From the NCBI GenBank assembly GCA_050245975.1, contig JBFWWW010000001.1:1-61041 (forward strand): a stretch of 61,041 bases of DNA, written 5' to 3'. The DNA is from Hyphomicrobiaceae bacterium. Its GTDB lineage: Bacteria > Pseudomonadota > Alphaproteobacteria > Rhizobiales > Hyphomicrobiaceae. The notes under the pieces are model-generated. The model was not told where the DNA came from and did not search any database. It saw nothing but the letters and a program-made list of their open reading frames with translations. The stretch's first letter is position 1, and every line of letters starts with the position of its first letter. A program made the position numbers and the translations under genes. Positions 59,206-61,041 of this stretch are shown piece after piece.

Positions 59206-59742
59206 ATGGATATGACGCAGTTTGCCGAGGGCCTGCTGACGTTCGTGCGTGAGCACAACCAGTGGGCCGCGCCGGTGGTGTTCGGGTTAGCGTTCGGCGA
59301 GTCGCTGGCTTTCGTATCGCTGATACTGCCGTTCTGGGCGCTGCTGGTCGGCATCGGCACGCTGCTCGGCGCCGGCAGCGGACTGAACTTCTGGGTCATC
59401 CTCTCCGCTGCCGCCATCGGCGCCGCGATGGGCGACTGGCTCTCCTACTGGCTCGGCTACCACTATCACGAGAAGATCGAGCAGATGTGGCCGCTCAACA
59501 AATATCCGGGCCTCATCGCACGCGGACACGACCTGTTCAAACGCTGGGGCGCGTGGGCGGTCGTGCTCGGTCGTTTCTCCGGTCCGCTGCGTGCGAGCGT
59601 GCCGATCGTCGCCGGCATCGCGCAGATGCCGTGGCTCAGATTCCAGATCGCGAACTTCGGCTCCGCATTCCTGTGGGCGTTCGTGCTGCTGTCGCCGGGC
59701 ACGTTCGGTCTGAAGTGGATGATGGACAAGTTCGGCGGCTGA
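59206..59742 (+). CDS. DedA-family (SNARE-associated) membrane protein
   Basis: FGLAFGESLAFVSLILP...GDWLSYWLG...RFSGPLRASVPIVAG is the DedA pattern. Confidence 0.85.
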   Translation: MDMTQFAEGLLTFVREHNQWAAPVVFGLAFGESLAFVSLILPFWALLVGIGTLLGAGSGLNFWVILSAAAIGAAMGDWLSYWLGYHYHEKIEQMWPLNKYPGLIARGHDLFKRWGAWAVVLGRFSGPLRASVPIVAGIAQMPWLRFQIANFGSAFLWAFVLLSPGTFGLKWMMDKFGG

Positions 59743-59840
59743 TGCCGCGCGCGAAGCGCGCATGACATGCGCACACGACTTGTGCATCTGCGCAAAAATC
59801 CCTAGATGACTGTGCATCAACAGCACAAAGGAGCCCGATC

Positions 59841-60026
59841 ATGGCCACGCGTTCGGCCCGCAATGTCGAGAAGCAGAAGAAGAAGGCGCGTCGGGTGATC
59901 CCGCGCAAGAAGGCAACGCGCTCGAGCGGCAACACGCTCGCCGCACGCCGCCGCCTGAAGAAGATGTCGGGCAAGGTGCGCGCCGCCGGCGCGAAGACGA
60001 AGGCGAAAGCCAAAGCCAAGCGCTGA
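59841..60026 (+). CDS. small, highly basic Lys/Arg-rich protein (61 aa)
   Basis: AAAGGAG RBS 7 nt before the ATG. Followed by a strong terminator hairpin. Confidence 0.5.
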   Translation: MATRSARNVEKQKKKARRVIPRKKATRSSGNTLAARRRLKKMSGKVRAAGAKTKAKAKAKR

Positions 60027-60051
60027 CGGCGCGAGGCTGTCGGTCGTTTTC

Positions 60052-60091
60052 CGATGCCGGTCGCAGACGCTGCGGCCGGCATCGCCGTTTT
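60052..60091 (+). terminator. Rho-independent terminator
   Basis: 15-bp stem CGATGCCGGTCGCAG / CTGCGGCCGGCATCG (one mismatch), 3-nt loop, then CCGTTTT. Confidence 0.65.
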
Positions 60092-60100
60092 CAGGCGGGC

Positions 60101-60724
60101 TCAGCGGGTGGCGATGGCCACGGCGGCCGAGGCGATCACCGCGCCGGTGCCGCGGTTGACGGCGCGCACGAGACGCGGGCTCGACAGCATGCGCCGCGCG
60201 CGCACCGCGAGCAGGATGTAGGCCCCGAAAACGATCGTCAGCACAATCAGCACGACCATCGAGAGCTCGGCCAGGCCCAGCGCGGACAGGTGCGCCAGAT
60301 CGACGATATTGGGCACCAGGGCGAGATAGAAGATCATCACTTTCGGATTGCCGAGCGTGACGGCAAGGCCGGCGAGGAACAGACGCACGGAGCCGGCATC
60401 GAGCGCCGCCTCGGGCCGGGTGTCGCCGACCGGCGCGGTCCACAGCTTCCAGGCGAGAAAGAGCAGATAGGCCGCGCCGCAATACTTGATGACGACGAAC
60501 AGACCCTGGAATGTCTGCGCCATGACCGCGAGGCCGAGCACGGCGCAGACGAGCCAGACGATGTCGCCGATGGCAAGCCCGGCGCAGAAGGCGACGGCGC
60601 CCGAAGGCCCACGCGCCAGCACGCGGGCGACGATGGCGGCAACGGCCGGTCCCGGCGAAGCGGCGGCGACGAACAGCGCGCCCATGAACACCAGCAGGGC
60701 CGACAGCTCCATCGCCTCGCCCAT
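60101..60724 (-). CDS. LysE/RhtB-family amino-acid exporter
   Basis: LLVFMGALFVAAASPGPAV (LysE N-terminal motif), about six TM segments. GAGGAGG RBS 6 nt before ATG 60724. Confidence 0.85.
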   Translation of the reverse strand: MGEAMELSALLVFMGALFVAAASPGPAVAAIVARVLARGPSGAVAFCAGLAIGDIVWLVCAVLGLAVMAQTFQGLFVVIKYCGAAYLLFLAWKLWTAPVGDTRPEAALDAGSVRLFLAGLAVTLGNPKVMIFYLALVPNIVDLAHLSALGLAELSMVVLIVLTIVFGAYILLAVRARRMLSSPRLVRAVNRGTGAVIASAAVAIATR

Positions 60725-60735
60725 GACGGGCCTCC

Positions 60736-61041
60736 TCAGATGCCGAGCTTCGCCTTCAGGATACCGTTCACAGCCTGCGGGTTCGCCTTGCCGCCCGACT
60801 GCTTCATCACCTGGCCGACGAACCAGCCGAGCATGGTGGGCTTGGCCTTCACCTGCGCCACCTTGTCGGGATTGGCCGCGATGATGGCATCCACCGCCTT
60901 CTCGATCGCGCCGGTGTCGGTCACCTGCTTCATGCCGCGCGTTTCGACGATGGCGGCCGGATCGCCGCCTTCGGTCCAGACGATCTCGAACAGGTCCTTG
61001 GCGATCTTGCCGGAGATCGTGCCGCCGGCAATGAGATCGAC
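60736..61041 (-). CDS. gatB: Asp/Glu-tRNA amidotransferase subunit B, C-terminal part (gene continues beyond the window)
   Basis: [30 protein letters not shown] is the GatB/YqeY C-terminal domain. The frame is open to the window edge. Confidence 0.85.
   Translation of the reverse strand, partial: VDLIAGGTISGKIAKDLFEIVWTEGGDPAAIVETRGMKQVTDTGAIEKAVDAIIAANPDKVAQVKAKPTMLGWFVGQVMKQSGGKANPQAVNGILKAKLGI

Overview
High-GC, alphaproteobacterium-like chromosomal window (the taxon is inferred from gene content only). It divides into four parts.

(1) 1-20.3 kb is core genome:
- A class Ia nrdAB operon preceded by a clear cobalamin riboswitch.
- A GntR-controlled permease / hydrolase / DUF2877-FdrA-DUF1116 / carbamate kinase cluster.
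- An OhrR-like regulator and an O-methyltransferase.
- A Liv-type ABC operon ending in DUF2848 and a frameshifted amidase.

(2) About 20.96-27.98 kb is a block that looks AT-richer by eye. It starts at a chimeric joint between two truncated genes. It carries a NitT/TauT-type ABC transporter, a GMC oxidoreductase with an in-frame TAA, and a nitronate monooxygenase.

(3) 27,981-53,922 is a roughly 25.9-kb genomic island integrated at tRNA-Ser(GCT).
- It is bounded by a 21-bp direct repeat of the tRNA 3' end.
- Paired ATCCCCCA(A/G) motifs lie inside both ends, and a P4-type integrase sits next to the tRNA.
- Its left half is a high-GC catabolic cargo: AtuA/DUF4387/cytoplasmic class-A beta-lactamase-like operon, Pot-like ABC importer, ADC-like protein, ThDP enzyme and aminotransferase.
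- Its right half is a mobile and accessory module: HTH-PrimPol, PriCT, a membrane protein with a decayed paralogue, a vWA protein, an AT-rich 545-aa P-loop NTPase, a PD-(D/E)xK / ParA-like / HeH-like three-gene operon, recombinase and methyltransferase remnants, and an IS481-family element.

(4) 54-61 kb is core genome again: two GSTs, quinone oxidoreductase, DedA, LysE and the gatB 3' end.

No CRISPR array and no rRNA were seen. The best candidates for an undescribed system are the nuclease-ParA-HeH operon and the stand-alone P-loop NTPase, both in the island's variable region, followed by the orphan catabolic cargo. All functional calls rest on motif recognition by eye. No database search was run.
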